This document shows, piece after piece, positions 25,082 to 36,430 of a DNA stretch of 64,000 bases; the stretch's first letter is position 1; each line of letters opens with the position of its first letter. Source of the stretch: Anaeramoeba ignava BMAN (Eukaryota; Protista; Anaeramoebae); the NCBI GenBank assembly GCA_028826165.1, contig JAPDFW010000084.1, forward strand, positions 124,001 to 188,000. Reading direction: 5' to 3'. The notes beneath the pieces are model-generated. The model saw nothing but the letters and a program-made list of their open reading frames with translations. It was not told where the DNA came from and did no database searches. The translations under genes were made by a program, and so were the position numbers.

Positions 25082-25882
25082 TGATTTTGTGTTCAAAAGT
25101 TATTTTAAATCTATATCCATTGAATGGTTTAAAAATTTCCAAAATAAAAAAATAAAAAATTTGTAAAAATAAGTTGAATTTTGTTTCATAATTATTTCTT
25201 TAAATTTAAAATTATTATTTTATTTTATGTTTTTTATATTTTGTTTTGTTGATTTTTTAGTTTGTTTGGATAGTTTAAATTTACACTTAACAAAAAAAAA
25301 AGTAAAATAAAAGGAAAAAAAAAATAGAAAAATGAAAAAAAAAAAATGAAAAAAAAATTTTTTTAAATTAAAAAAAAAATTAATTAAATATTTTATTATC
25401 ATAAAATTAAAAAAATTGAATTTAATTTTAATTTAAATAATTTAATGATTTTAAATCTATTTTTAATTTTGATTTAAATTTTTAATTTAAAATTGGAATT
25501 TTAACTTTATTTTTTCTTTCCAATTTTTTTCTCTTTTTTTTCTTTTTTAATTTCAAATTCATTTCAATTTTTAAATTTAAAATGATCACAAATTATTTAA
25601 AACAAAATAAACAAGCAAATAAACAAAAAAAGTAAAATAAAAAAAACTTAACTCAAAAAAAAAAGAATACGAAAAAAAAACAAATTAAAATTTAAAATTA
25701 ATTTTTTTCTCCTTTTAAAACAAAAACAAAACAAATTTCTTTCTTTCTTTCCTTTTTCTTAAATTTAAAAAGTGAAAAAAGTAAAAATAAAAAATGGATC
25801 TTTTTAATTTTTTAATTTTGGAAAAAAGCAAAAAAAAAAAAGTGGATCTTATTAAATTTTTTTTTTTGATTAAATTTCTGAG

Positions 25883-28435
25883 TTACATAAACTCAGAAAA
25901 CGCTTTTAAAATTTGAGCATAACCTTCAGGAACAGGTTCTTTTGCTTCAATAGCAGAGCAAATAATTGGGAAATCTGATTTGATTGAAAAAATTTCGAAT
26001 TTTCCAACCGCAAGTAGAAAATGAGGATCTCTGATATAATCCTGGAAGGAATTCATATTTGTTGTTGCATAAGACAAAACATCATTTAGCAAAATGGGTC
26101 CACGATTTTCAATAGGAAATCCACACTTCAAAAAACTGTCATGAAGAACAATTGGAACTGAAGACAAGAAATAGTGAACGTTGCAAGAATATTGTTCTTT
26201 TGTAGCAACAACAACTGGTTCATTGAAATTCACTAGTTTGTAATTCTTTGATTTTGCGAACCGTTTTCTTCGGAGTAATTTCACTGTTTGTTTTGACACT
26301 TGAAAAGCTTCAAATTGACTTTTTTTTTTTTTATTCATTGTAACTATTATTGTGATTGCTAATTTTCCAAATCTTCGTTGAATTTTTGCTGCTTGAGTTA
26401 CATGCCAAGAAGTCATTAAGTATTTCTTTGATTTCCGTGGATGAGCTGCAACCCATCCAACTGGTTTTAGTCCTAAATGATGTGCTATTTCTATGATGAG
26501 ATCCATTTCGGATTTATTTTCTTCAATCTTCACTTCAATTTCATTTACTGGATGTTGTGGTGGTTCGTAAATAAAATCTACTGTTACTGAATCATCTTCG
26601 TTAAACGTTCCGAAAAGTATTCCTATTCTTGGTTCTTTGAATTGTATTCTATGTATTGCTCCTTGAAACCAATCTGCAGATGTCCGATCCACTTCAACTC
26701 CTTCGCAAAGTGGTTTTTCCTTTAAAATAAAATTTAAATCAAATAATTAAAACCAAATAATTTAAATTGAATATTTAAATCAAATATTTAAATTGAATAT
26801 TTAAATTGAATATTTAAATTAAATAATTTAAATCAAATAATTTAAATCGAATATTTAAAATAAATATTTAAATTGAATATTTAAATCAAATAATTAAATC
26901 AAATATTAAAATTGAATATTTAAATCAAATAATTTAAATTGAATATTTAAATCAAATAATTAAATCAAATATTAAAATTGAATATTTAAATCAAATATTT
27001 AAATCAAATATTTAAATTAAATATTTAAATCAAATATTTAAATCAAATATTTAAATCGAATATTTAAATTGAATATTTAAATTGAATATTTAAATTGAAT
27101 ATTTAAACCAAATAATTAAATCAAATATTTAAATTGAATATTTAAATCAAATATTTAAATCAAATATTTAAATCAAATATTTAAATTGAATATTTAAATC
27201 AAATATTTAAATTGGATATTTAAATCAAATATTTAAATTGAATATTTAAATTGAATAATTAAATCAAATATTTAAAATTAAATCAAATATTTAAAATCAA
27301 ATATTTAAATTGAATATTTAAAATTGAATATTTAAATTGAATATTTAAATTGAATATTTAAATTGAATATTTAAATTGAATAATTAAAATCAAATATTTA
27401 AAATCAAATATTTAAATTGAATATTTAAATCAAATATTTAAATCAAATATTTAAATCAAATATTTAAATTGAATATTTAAAATCAAATATTTAAAATCAA
27501 ATATTTAAAATCAAATATTTAAATCAAATATTTAAATCAAATATTAAAATCAAATAATTAAATTGAATATTTAAATTGAATATTTAAATCAAATATTTAA
27601 ATCAAATAAGTTTAGTTTGAAAATTCTGCAAACCTGTTGTTTAATTTTTGGTTTTTGTCGATTAATATATTCTAACATAGAAACATCAAATGAATTGTTT
27701 CCATAAACTCTTTTAACATAAGTCATTGTTTCAGGCATTTTAATTTTTCCTTGATTCATTTGGTCACGTAAAGATTGTTCTTCAATTTCTTTTGCTTTTT
27801 CTTCATTAAATTCTTCAAATTCTTCATTAAAATCTTCATAAAAAACTTTAAGAATTTCTTCTTCTTCTTTTTCTTTTTCTTTTTCTTTTTCTTTTTCTTT
27901 TTCTTTTTCTTTTTCTTTTGTATTTTCATTTGTATTTTCGTTTGAATTTTCATTTGAATTTTCATTTGAATTTTCATTTGGATTTTCATTTGAATTTTCA
28001 TTTGAATTTGTTTGCGTTGCAATTTCTAATTTTTGATTAAGAAATAAAAGACTTCCATGTTCAATCTTTAAATCTTTCATTGTTTTTTTATTAAAAGAAA
28101 TTGGAAAAACTTTTTTATCATTATCAAATGAAAGTTGAATATTTTCTACTCCAATATTTATTATCAAATTAAGCTTTTAAAGGTTTTTTTTTGGATTTTT
28201 TTTCATTTTTTTATTAATTTTTTTTATTAATTTTTTAAATTGAGATTTTTTCATTTTTTTTTTACTTTTTTTTTTAATGTTTCCAATGTATCTTTTTCAG
28301 TCAGTTCTAATCTAAACATCCCTCGATTTGTTCTCACTCTCACAATCTATAAAATAAATTTTTTTTAGAAAATTATTATAAGTTTTAATAGAAAATTTTG
28401 ATATTTTTTGTGTAATATTTAAATTGTTTCACCAT
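25883..28435 (-). CDS. NPL4: NPL4-family p97/Cdc48 cofactor (UBL plus MPN-like)
   Basis: Exon 1 is ATG only (28433-28435), then IVRVRTNRGMFRLEL (UBL). The last exon has RIGILFG...VDFIYEPPQ, LGLKPVGW, FEAFQVS and FPIENR, typical of NPL4. Confidence 0.88.
26720..27633. repeat. NPL4 intron filled with a 13-bp repeat (ATATTTAAATTGA/ATATTTAAATCAA)
   Basis: Minus-strand GTTTGC donor and AAG acceptor; repeat read directly. Confidence 0.9.
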
Positions 28436-28514
28436 TTTGTTTATTTTTAAAAAAAAAAAAGAAGAAAAAAATGAATTTTTTTTTTCATTTTTTCATTTTT
28501 ATTTTAAATTTAAT

Positions 28515-30320
28515 AAAACAGAAACCAAAAAATTATTGAAAATTTGAGAAAATAATTCAAAATTAATTCAAAAACAGAAATCAAAATCAATTCAATTTCA
28601 ATTCCAAAATGAATTGAATAAAACAGAAATCAAAAAATTATTGGAAATTTCAATTTAAAAAAAGAAATCAATTCAAAAACAGAAATCAAAAATTTATTCG
28701 AAACAAAATATAAATTAATTCAAAATCAAATCAAAATTAATTCAAAACTAATTCAAATCAATTCAATTTCAATTCCAAAATGAATTGAATAAAACAGAAA
28801 TCAAAAAATTATTCAAAGAAAAAATTTTCGAAAAAGAAATAAATTCAAAAACAGAAATCAAAAATTTATTCGAAACAAAATATAAATTAATTCAAAATCA
28901 AATTAAAATTAATTCAAAACTAATCCAAATAAATTCAAAATTTCCAAAATGAATTGAATAAAACAGAAATCGAAAAATTATTCAAAGAAAAAATTTTCGA
29001 AAAAGAAATAAATTCAAAAACAGAAATCAAAAATTTATTCGAAACAAAATATAAATCAATTCAAAATCAAATTAAAATCAATTCAAAACTAATTCAAATC
29101 AATCCAAAATAAATTCAAAATTGAATTGAATAAAACAGAAATCAAAAAATTATTCAAAGAAAAAATTTTCGAAAAAGAAATGAATTCAATAACAGAAATC
29201 AAAAATTTATTCGAATGAAATGAAATTGAAATTAATTCAAAAATTCAAATAAAATTCCAAAAAATTGAATCAAAAACAGAAATCAAAAATTAATTCAAAT
29301 AAATTCAAAATAATTCAAAAAGAAATCAAAAATAAATTCGAAATCAATTTAAAATCAATTCAAAATCAATTTAAAATTAATTCAAAATTAATTCAAATAA
29401 ATTCAAAAATTAATCAAAAATTCAAAATAATTCAAAAAAAAATTTTCGAAAAAGAAAAATTCAAAAACAGAAATCAAAAATTTATTTAATTCAAAATTAA
29501 TTCAAAATCAATTTAAAATAAATCCAAAATAAATTCAAATAAATCCAAAAATCAATTCCAAAATAAATTGAAATCAAAAATCAATTTAAAATCAATTTAA
29601 AAGAAATCAATTCAAAAATAAATTCAAAAATAAATTCGAAACAAAATATAAATTAATCAAAAATCAAATTAATTTAAAATAAATTCAAAATCAAAATTAA
29701 TTCAAAATAAATCCAAAATAAATTCAATTCCAAAAATCAATTCAAAAATTAATCAAAATAAATTCAAAAATCAAAAATCCAAAATTATTCAAAACTTCAA
29801 TTCAAAATCAATTCAAAATCAATTCAAAATCAATTCAAAATCAAAATTACAATCAATTCAAAATCAATTCAAAATCAATTCAAAATTAATTCAAAATTAA
29901 TCCAAAATAAATCCAAAATCAATTTAAAATAAATTCAAAATCAATTCAAAACTAATTCAAAATAAATTCAAAATTAATTTAAAATAAATTTAAAATCAAT
30001 TTAAAATCAATTCAAAATCAATTCAAAATTAATTCAAAATTAATTCAAAATAAATTCAAAATCAATTTAAAATAAATTTAAAATTAATTCAAAATCAATT
30101 TAAAATAAATTCAAAATAAATTCAAAATCAATTTAAAATAAATTCAAAATTCAAAATTTAAAATTAATTTAAAATTAATTCAAAATTAATTTAAAATAAA
30201 TTCAAAATCAATTTAAAATAAATTCAAAATCAATTTAAAATAAATTCAAAATTAATTCAAAATTAATCCAAAATCAAATTTAAAATTAATCCAAAATCAA
30301 TTCAAAATTCAAAACTTCAA
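28515..30320. repeat. Intergenic array with an about 170-bp unit decaying into an about 11-bp AATTCAAAATC repeat
   Basis: GAATTGAATAAAACAGAAAT at 28611, 28782, 28951 and 29123; simpler repeats from about 29500 to 30320. Confidence 0.88.
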
Positions 30321-30399
30321 TTTAAAAAATAAAAAATAAAAAATAAAAAATTGAAAGAAAAAAAAATCATTTTTTTCTTTTTTTTTTAAAAACAACAAA

Positions 30400-31215
30400 A
30401 TGAAATTTTTAGCACTTATTCTCTTTGTCGTTCTCATTTCAACTATAAAATCAAGAGACATAACTTTTTCAGGATATAATTATCGTGTCAAATCATGTAC
30501 AACTCAATGCGGACCAGGATCAAATTATTTTTCAGATGCAACTGATTATGTTTGGGTTGATGGATCAAACCGGTTGCATTTAAAAGTCGCACAGAATCCA
30601 AGTGCAGGAAACAGATGGGAATGCAGTGAAGTAATTCCTTATGAAGCACTAGGATATGGATTATATTGTTGGGGAGTTGATTTCCAACTTGAATATTTGG
30701 ATCCACATATTGTTCTTGGATTATTCACTTGGTCTGATTATTCTGATAATTATTACACAGAAATTGATATTGAATTTTCAAAATGGAGTGATCCTTATGC
30801 AGATAATGGGCACTTCTCAGTTCAACCTTATGATATCAGTGGAAACACTTATGCATATAATTATACCGATAAACCTCAGCAAACTATGCATTGTTTTGAA
30901 TGGAAAAATGATTATATTCACTTCGCCTCTTTTTCTTACTGTGACCACATCAATTGCATTCATGATGATAATACAAGAATTGATATCCAATGGAAATACA
31001 CTAATGTTTCTGGTATTCCTCCCCCAAATTCAACTCATCCAAGAATCAATTTTTGGATTACTAATGGTCCCCCAAGCCAAGAATCCGAAATGATCATCAA
31101 TAATTTCGAATTCTCTTTGACTGAAACAATTGATGCTCAAAGCTCTCATTCAATTATATCAGCCAGCTTTCTTTTGATATTGACTCTCATTTTATTTTCT
31201 TTCACTCTATTTTGA
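30400..31215 (+). CDS. Secreted/surface GH16-like (ConA-fold) glycoside hydrolase, probable GPI anchor or C-terminal membrane anchor
   Basis: Signal peptide MKFLALILFVVLISTIKS; VWVDG.NRLHLK, LGYGLY, LGLFTW, catalytic EIDIE motif and PRINFW; hydrophobic C-terminus after AQSSHS; intronless. Confidence 0.8.
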   Translation: MKFLALILFVVLISTIKSRDITFSGYNYRVKSCTTQCGPGSNYFSDATDYVWVDGSNRLHLKVAQNPSAGNRWECSEVIPYEALGYGLYCWGVDFQLEYLDPHIVLGLFTWSDYSDNYYTEIDIEFSKWSDPYADNGHFSVQPYDISGNTYAYNYTDKPQQTMHCFEWKNDYIHFASFSYCDHINCIHDDNTRIDIQWKYTNVSGIPPPNSTHPRINFWITNGPPSQESEMIINNFEFSLTETIDAQSSHSIISASFLLILTLILFSFTLF

Positions 31216-31387
31216 TTTCTTTTTTCTTTCATTCTATTTTGATTTCTTTTTTCTTTTTTCTTTTTTGAGAACTTTCTAAACATTTCCCCAAAAATAAAAA
31301 AATTTTTTTTTCTCTCTTTTTTTTATTTTTTTTTTTGGAAGAATAAAAACAAATCCAACAAAAAAAAAAAATAAAAATATAATTTCT

Positions 31388-32332
31388 TCAAATTGGATCA
31401 GTTTCATAATTCGTAACAATAACTTCTTGTGAATTTGTTGGTTTTTTGTGTCGGTTAATTTTTGTGTAATTGGAAACAATATTTTTTGAAAAAAAATTCT
31501 CAAGCTTATCATTCAATTCATTTTTTTTCTCTTTGTGATTTAGCATTGTGGAAAGAAGAAACTTAATACCTTTTGAATCCAATTGATCCAAAAACTGGTA
31601 AAGATACTTCTCGTGCTTTTGTTCCCAAGTTGAATTATAGCCAGCTTCACAAACTTGATAAGGAGGATCGAGATAAACAAAGGTAACATCATCAGGAACT
31701 TGCAAATTCATAAAATCTTCATTCAAAAAAACAAATCTTGAGTTTTGATAAATTTTTTTGTGATAAACCTTCATCTTTTTCCAAGTATAATCGGTTATTC
31801 CTCTTCTTCCCCAACTTTGATTAAATAATCCAGTCCGGTTGAATCGGATTAAATTGTTATGACACGAGGAAGAGAGGATAAAGAAGTCCAAAAAATTTCC
31901 ATGGAGATTGAATCTGTTTCGGATTTCAAGATATTCAGCTTTGTCCTTTGGATATATTTTCCTTTTTATCAGTTCTTTTTTAATAACTCCAAATTTCTCT
32001 TTCTGAAGATATCGGAAAAATTCAATTAACGGTGTGATCGCATCATTGGCATAAGTTTTTGCAAACCGTTTATCTTCTAAATTGACAAAAACACTTCCTC
32101 CTCCACAAAACAAATCAAGCATCACATGTTTCCCTTTAGGGAAATTTGAGTACAGTTGGTCTAATAGATCATACTTATTTCCTGTATAATTGAAAAGTGA
32201 TTTCACTCGATTACTTTTTTTTTTTTTCATACGTTGGCACTCTTTGAGATCCCTGCATCTCATTCTTTTAGTTTCTTCTATTGTTCCTGTTTCATCTCCT
32301 GTTCTTTTTACATTAAGCCTTTTTGCAATCAT
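31388..32332 (-). CDS. dam: Dam-family (D12 class, alpha group) DNA N6-adenine methyltransferase, T4-Dam-like
   Basis: Motif X FNYTGNK, SAM-binding motif I DLFCGGGSV, motif II AND, recognition hairpin NNLIRFNRTGLFNQSWGRR, catalytic FVYLDPPY, LDSKGIKFLLS and terminal EVIVTNY; intact intronless 314-aa ORF. Confidence 0.95.
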   Translation of the reverse strand: MIAKRLNVKRTGDETGTIEETKRMRCRDLKECQRMKKKKSNRVKSLFNYTGNKYDLLDQLYSNFPKGKHVMLDLFCGGGSVFVNLEDKRFAKTYANDAITPLIEFFRYLQKEKFGVIKKELIKRKIYPKDKAEYLEIRNRFNLHGNFLDFFILSSSCHNNLIRFNRTGLFNQSWGRRGITDYTWKKMKVYHKKIYQNSRFVFLNEDFMNLQVPDDVTFVYLDPPYQVCEAGYNSTWEQKHEKYLYQFLDQLDSKGIKFLLSTMLNHKEKKNELNDKLENFFSKNIVSNYTKINRHKKPTNSQEVIVTNYETDPI

Positions 32333-32369
32333 GTTTGATTATCAAAGAAAAAAATGAGTTGTTTTTAAA

Positions 32370-32401
<32 letters not shown>

Positions 32402-33210
32402 CATTTCTTTCTCTTTTCCCTTTGCAAATTAGTTTTAATTTTTTTTAATCTTATTGAAAAATTTTCATTTTTATGTAAAAAATTATCTTCTCTTTTTTAA
32501 AAAATTTTGATCAGAAAAAAAAATTTTTTTTTCTTTTTAAGATCTTTTTCTATTATTTTTAATTAAAAAATTTTAAAAATTAAATAATTTAAATTATGAA
32601 ACAAATAAAGAAACAAATATAAATTGAATAAATGAAAAGAAAAAAGAAAGCAAAAAAAAAATCAAAAAACAAAAAAACAAAAAAACAATAAAAAAAATAT
32701 TTATTTTTCCCTAAATTAGAAGTTCTCATTTTTTTTTAAATTCAAAAAATCTAAAATAAAACATTTTATTTAAACAAATTTATTTAAAACAAATCCAAAA
32801 TAAAGCATTTTATTTAAAAAAAAAATTTTATTTAAAAATCAAAAATTCAAAAAAAAATCAATAATTCATTTTTCCAATCACAATTTTTTAACTTTTAATA
32901 ATTCTTGTAAAGAAAAAATAAAATAAAATTTTTTTGTAACTCATTCAAAATAATTTGATTTACAAAGATCCAAAATTTAAATTATTTAAAAAAAAAAGGA
33001 TAATTTTTTTTTTGCCAAACAAAAAATTTTGAATAACTTGAACAAGCAAAGTTTGCATATCCTTAAATTTGGTTTTTTTTTTTGAAGATTAACATAACAT
33101 ATCTAATATTTGCAACTTTTTTTTTTTTAAATTTGATTTGATTTTTAAAAAGAGAAATTGAAAAATGAAAAAAAAAAACAACTGAATCATGCTGTTTTTA
33201 TATGTACAAT

Positions 33211-34193
33211 TTAATTTTTCTGGATTTTTGTTATACAATTTATAATAGTATTATATAACTTATTTAATTCATTCATTTCAATTTCTTGGGGCATAGCAAA
33301 TTCCCAATTTATCATTTTAACAGGAAAATTAGTTTTTTGTTGGGCGGATGGATTGGAAATTTCAGACTCATCTGGAGAATATGAATTCTGTATTTCACTC
33401 ACTGGTAAAACTTCTAATTGTCTTAATTCTTGGGTTTTTTTTTCTACACTGGTATTTTCATTTGGAAATACAGTTGGGGATAATTTAATTTTAGGTGGAT
33501 AGGTCCAGACATTAGTTTTTATTTTTTCGAAATTACGAGTATCTGAAATTTTAGGTCTCCAAGAAACTCTTTTTTGTTTTTTATCAAATGAAAAGGTTTT
33601 TAAACAGGACTTAGCAGGGCCTAAATAAAAATAAAAATAAAAATAAAAATAAAAATAAAAATAAAAATAAAAATAAAAATAAAAATAAAATAAAAATATA
33701 AATATAAATATTTAAAATATAAATATAAATATAAATATTTAAAATATAAATATAAATATAAATTTAAATATAAATATAAATATAAATATAATTATAAATA
33801 TAAATATAAATATAAATATAAATATAAATATAAATATAAATATAAATATATAAAAATATAAATATAAATATAAATATAAATATAAATATAAATATAAATA
33901 TAAATATAAATATAAATATAAATATAAATATAAATATAAATAATTAATTTTCATTTTCTTAATCATTTACTACTTGTTAATTGTTCAGAATCATTTATAA
34001 CTTTTCTTGTTCGAAATCTTTTATTTTCAAATTCAACGGATACTATAAGTGATTCTGAATTTGAGAATTTTGTTGAAGGTGAAAGTTCCCTTTTTCCAAT
34101 TTGATTTTGTTTAAAATGAATATCCTCTCTAGGAATATTTTCATTTTTAAATGATTTGTTATTATTTGTTGGTGATAATTCTTTGTTTTTCAT
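33211..34193 (-). CDS. Two-exon disordered protein with PP1-docking motifs (KSCLK and KRVSW)
   Basis: Exons of about 33971-34193 and 33211-33620 joined across an (ATAAAT)n intron give ...SPAKSCLKTFSFDKKQKRVSWRPKI..., running in frame into ORF 33211..33402. Confidence 0.65.
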
Positions 34194-34407
34194 TAAATAA
34201 AAAAAAATTTTTTTGCTTTTCTTTTCGTTTCTTTTCCTTTTTTTTTTTGTTTGTAAAATAAATCTAAATAATAAAGATAATAATAAAAATAAATCTAAAT
34301 TAATTAAAAAAAGAAAAAATGAAAAAAATGAAAAATGATTTTTTTAATTTAAATTTTTTTTCTTTTAAACTTCAAAATTAAAAAAAAAAAAACTAAAATA
34401 AATACAT

Positions 34408-34429
34408 TGATGACGTTATGATGACGTTA
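34408..34429. promoter_or_regulatory. Tandem CRE-like motif (TGATGACGTTA)x2
   Basis: Exact 11-bp duplication containing TGACGT, about 100 bp upstream of the NOC4 ATG in an otherwise CpG-poor intergenic region. Confidence 0.5.
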
Positions 34430-34529
34430 AAAATTCAAATAATTATTTATAAAAAATTATAAAATTAAAACAAAAACATGACAAATCAAAAATTCATTTT
34501 TTTCATTTTCCCATTTTCTTCTTTAAAAA

Positions 34530-36129
34530 ATGTCTTTATCAGTTAAACAAATTAATAATATTTTTCAAGAAATCATTTCCAATAAAAAAAATATTAACAA
34601 AATAACTCTTTTATTTGATTCAATTCAAGATCAAAAATCTGAAGATTTAATAATTTTTACTTCAATTAATAAATTAAAAAAAATATTTGAAAATTTTTTT
34701 AAAACACAAGAATTAAATACAAATCAAAAATTATTTAAAAATAAAGAAGGTTTATTTACAGAAAAACAAAAATAGAAACAAAAATAATTTACTTTATTTA
34801 TTAATTTATTTAAATGGGAATTCATTATTAGAAACACCACAAATTATTTTTGAAAAATGGCTTTATGAGAAATTTAAGCTTTATTTAGAAACACTTCTTG
34901 ATCTTTTACAGAATCCACAACCAAGAATTCAAGTTCCGTCTTTAAAATACTTGATGTTCTTTATCAAAATTGAGGCTCAACAAAACAATGAATTTAATTT
35001 GAAATTATTTGTCAATTTAATTAAGAGAATGTTATTCTCACCAAATTTAAGTGAATTAGTGATTGAAGAGTTTAAAAATTATGTTAATTTTGACGATATC
35101 AAATTATACACAATGAAAAGTTTGAATTCAATTATTCAAAATGAAATTTCAAAAGATTCAAAAAAAGCGAATTTTGTTTTGAATGCATTTCCACTAATTG
35201 AAACAATACCAGTTCCAGAAGAAGAAGTGAATTCTTTTTATGCAGAGATTCCCCAGCAGCCTAATATAACATCGACTACTTTCCACAAGAAAGAATACAA
35301 TAAAATGTGGCTAAATTATTTGAAACTGGATATTCCAAATACAATTTTAAAGCAAATTCTCAAGGAAATGGACACAAAAATCATTCCTCACCTTCGAGAC
35401 CCAATTTTAATCACAGATTTTCTTATGAAATGCTACGATAAATCAGGAATAATAAGTATACTAGCATTAAAAGGGATTTTTGTGTTGATGACAGAACACG
35501 GGATTGAATTCCCTCAATTTTACACAAAACTTTATGCAATTCTTCAACACGATATTTTTTATCAAGATGAAGTCTCTGAATTTTGGGTTCTTCTTGATGT
35601 TTTTCTTTCCTCGTTGATCATGCCTTCTTATCTTGCAGCCGCATTTGCAAAAAGACTTGCAAGAATCACCCTTGATGCTCCCCCTTCAGGATGCTTAGTC
35701 GCAATCCCTTTGATTATGAATATTCTTATTAGATATCCTTCTTGCAGGGTTTTAGTTGATGAAACACTTGCTATTCAAGAAGAAAAATTATCCCTAATTC
35801 AAACCAATGATCCTTATCTTTTTTATGAAAAAAATCCAGAAAAATCTTGTGCTTTGCAAAGTTCTCTTTGGGAAATTAAAACTTTGCAAAAGCATTATTT
35901 ACCTCAAGTTGCTAGATTGGCTTGTTCTATTGAACAAATTAGTTTTGATTCATCAAACTTATATAATATTATTGATTTGATTGATTTTTCTTACAAGATT
36001 CTTTTTGATTCAGAAATTTCAAAAAAAACTAAAAAAGATCCTTCAATTAATTTTATTTCTCAAAATCAATTATTTGATCCAAAAAATGATTCTTTGAAAG
36101 TTATGCAAATGTTTTCTTTTGAGAATTAA
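34530..36129 (+). CDS. NOC4: Nucleolar complex protein 4 (CBF/Mak21 domain)
   Basis: LITDFLMKCYD.SGIISILALKGIFVLM, FPQFYTKLYAIL, PSYLAAAFAKRLAR, ALQSSLWEIKTLQKHY; one short intron at about 34750-34830. Confidence 0.92.
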
Positions 36130-36430
36130 ATGAATAGATTTTCCTTTTTTAAATAAAAATTTTTAAAGTTTTTTTTTTTTTTAAATAATCTTTAATTCTT
36201 TTTTTTTTTTAAAGGAAAAAAAAAAATTAAATAAGAAATGATTTTGGTTTTTTTTTTTCTTTTATGAAAAAATTTTCATTTCAAATAATGATATTGTTTT
36301 TCAAAATGTATAAATTCCGTTTCTAGTTTCTTTTTGAATTTGTTTTTTGTTTTGAATTTGGGAAAAAAAAATTTTTTTTTTTTTGGAATTTGGGAAAATT
36401 TTTTTTTTTTTTTTGAGATTTGGATTAAAA

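Noticed and set aside
30400-34193. Restriction-modification operon, prophage or endogenous virus around dam
   Set aside because: No endonuclease, capsid, integrase, polymerase or terminal repeats; neighbours have a eukaryotic signal peptide or a spliceosomal intron.
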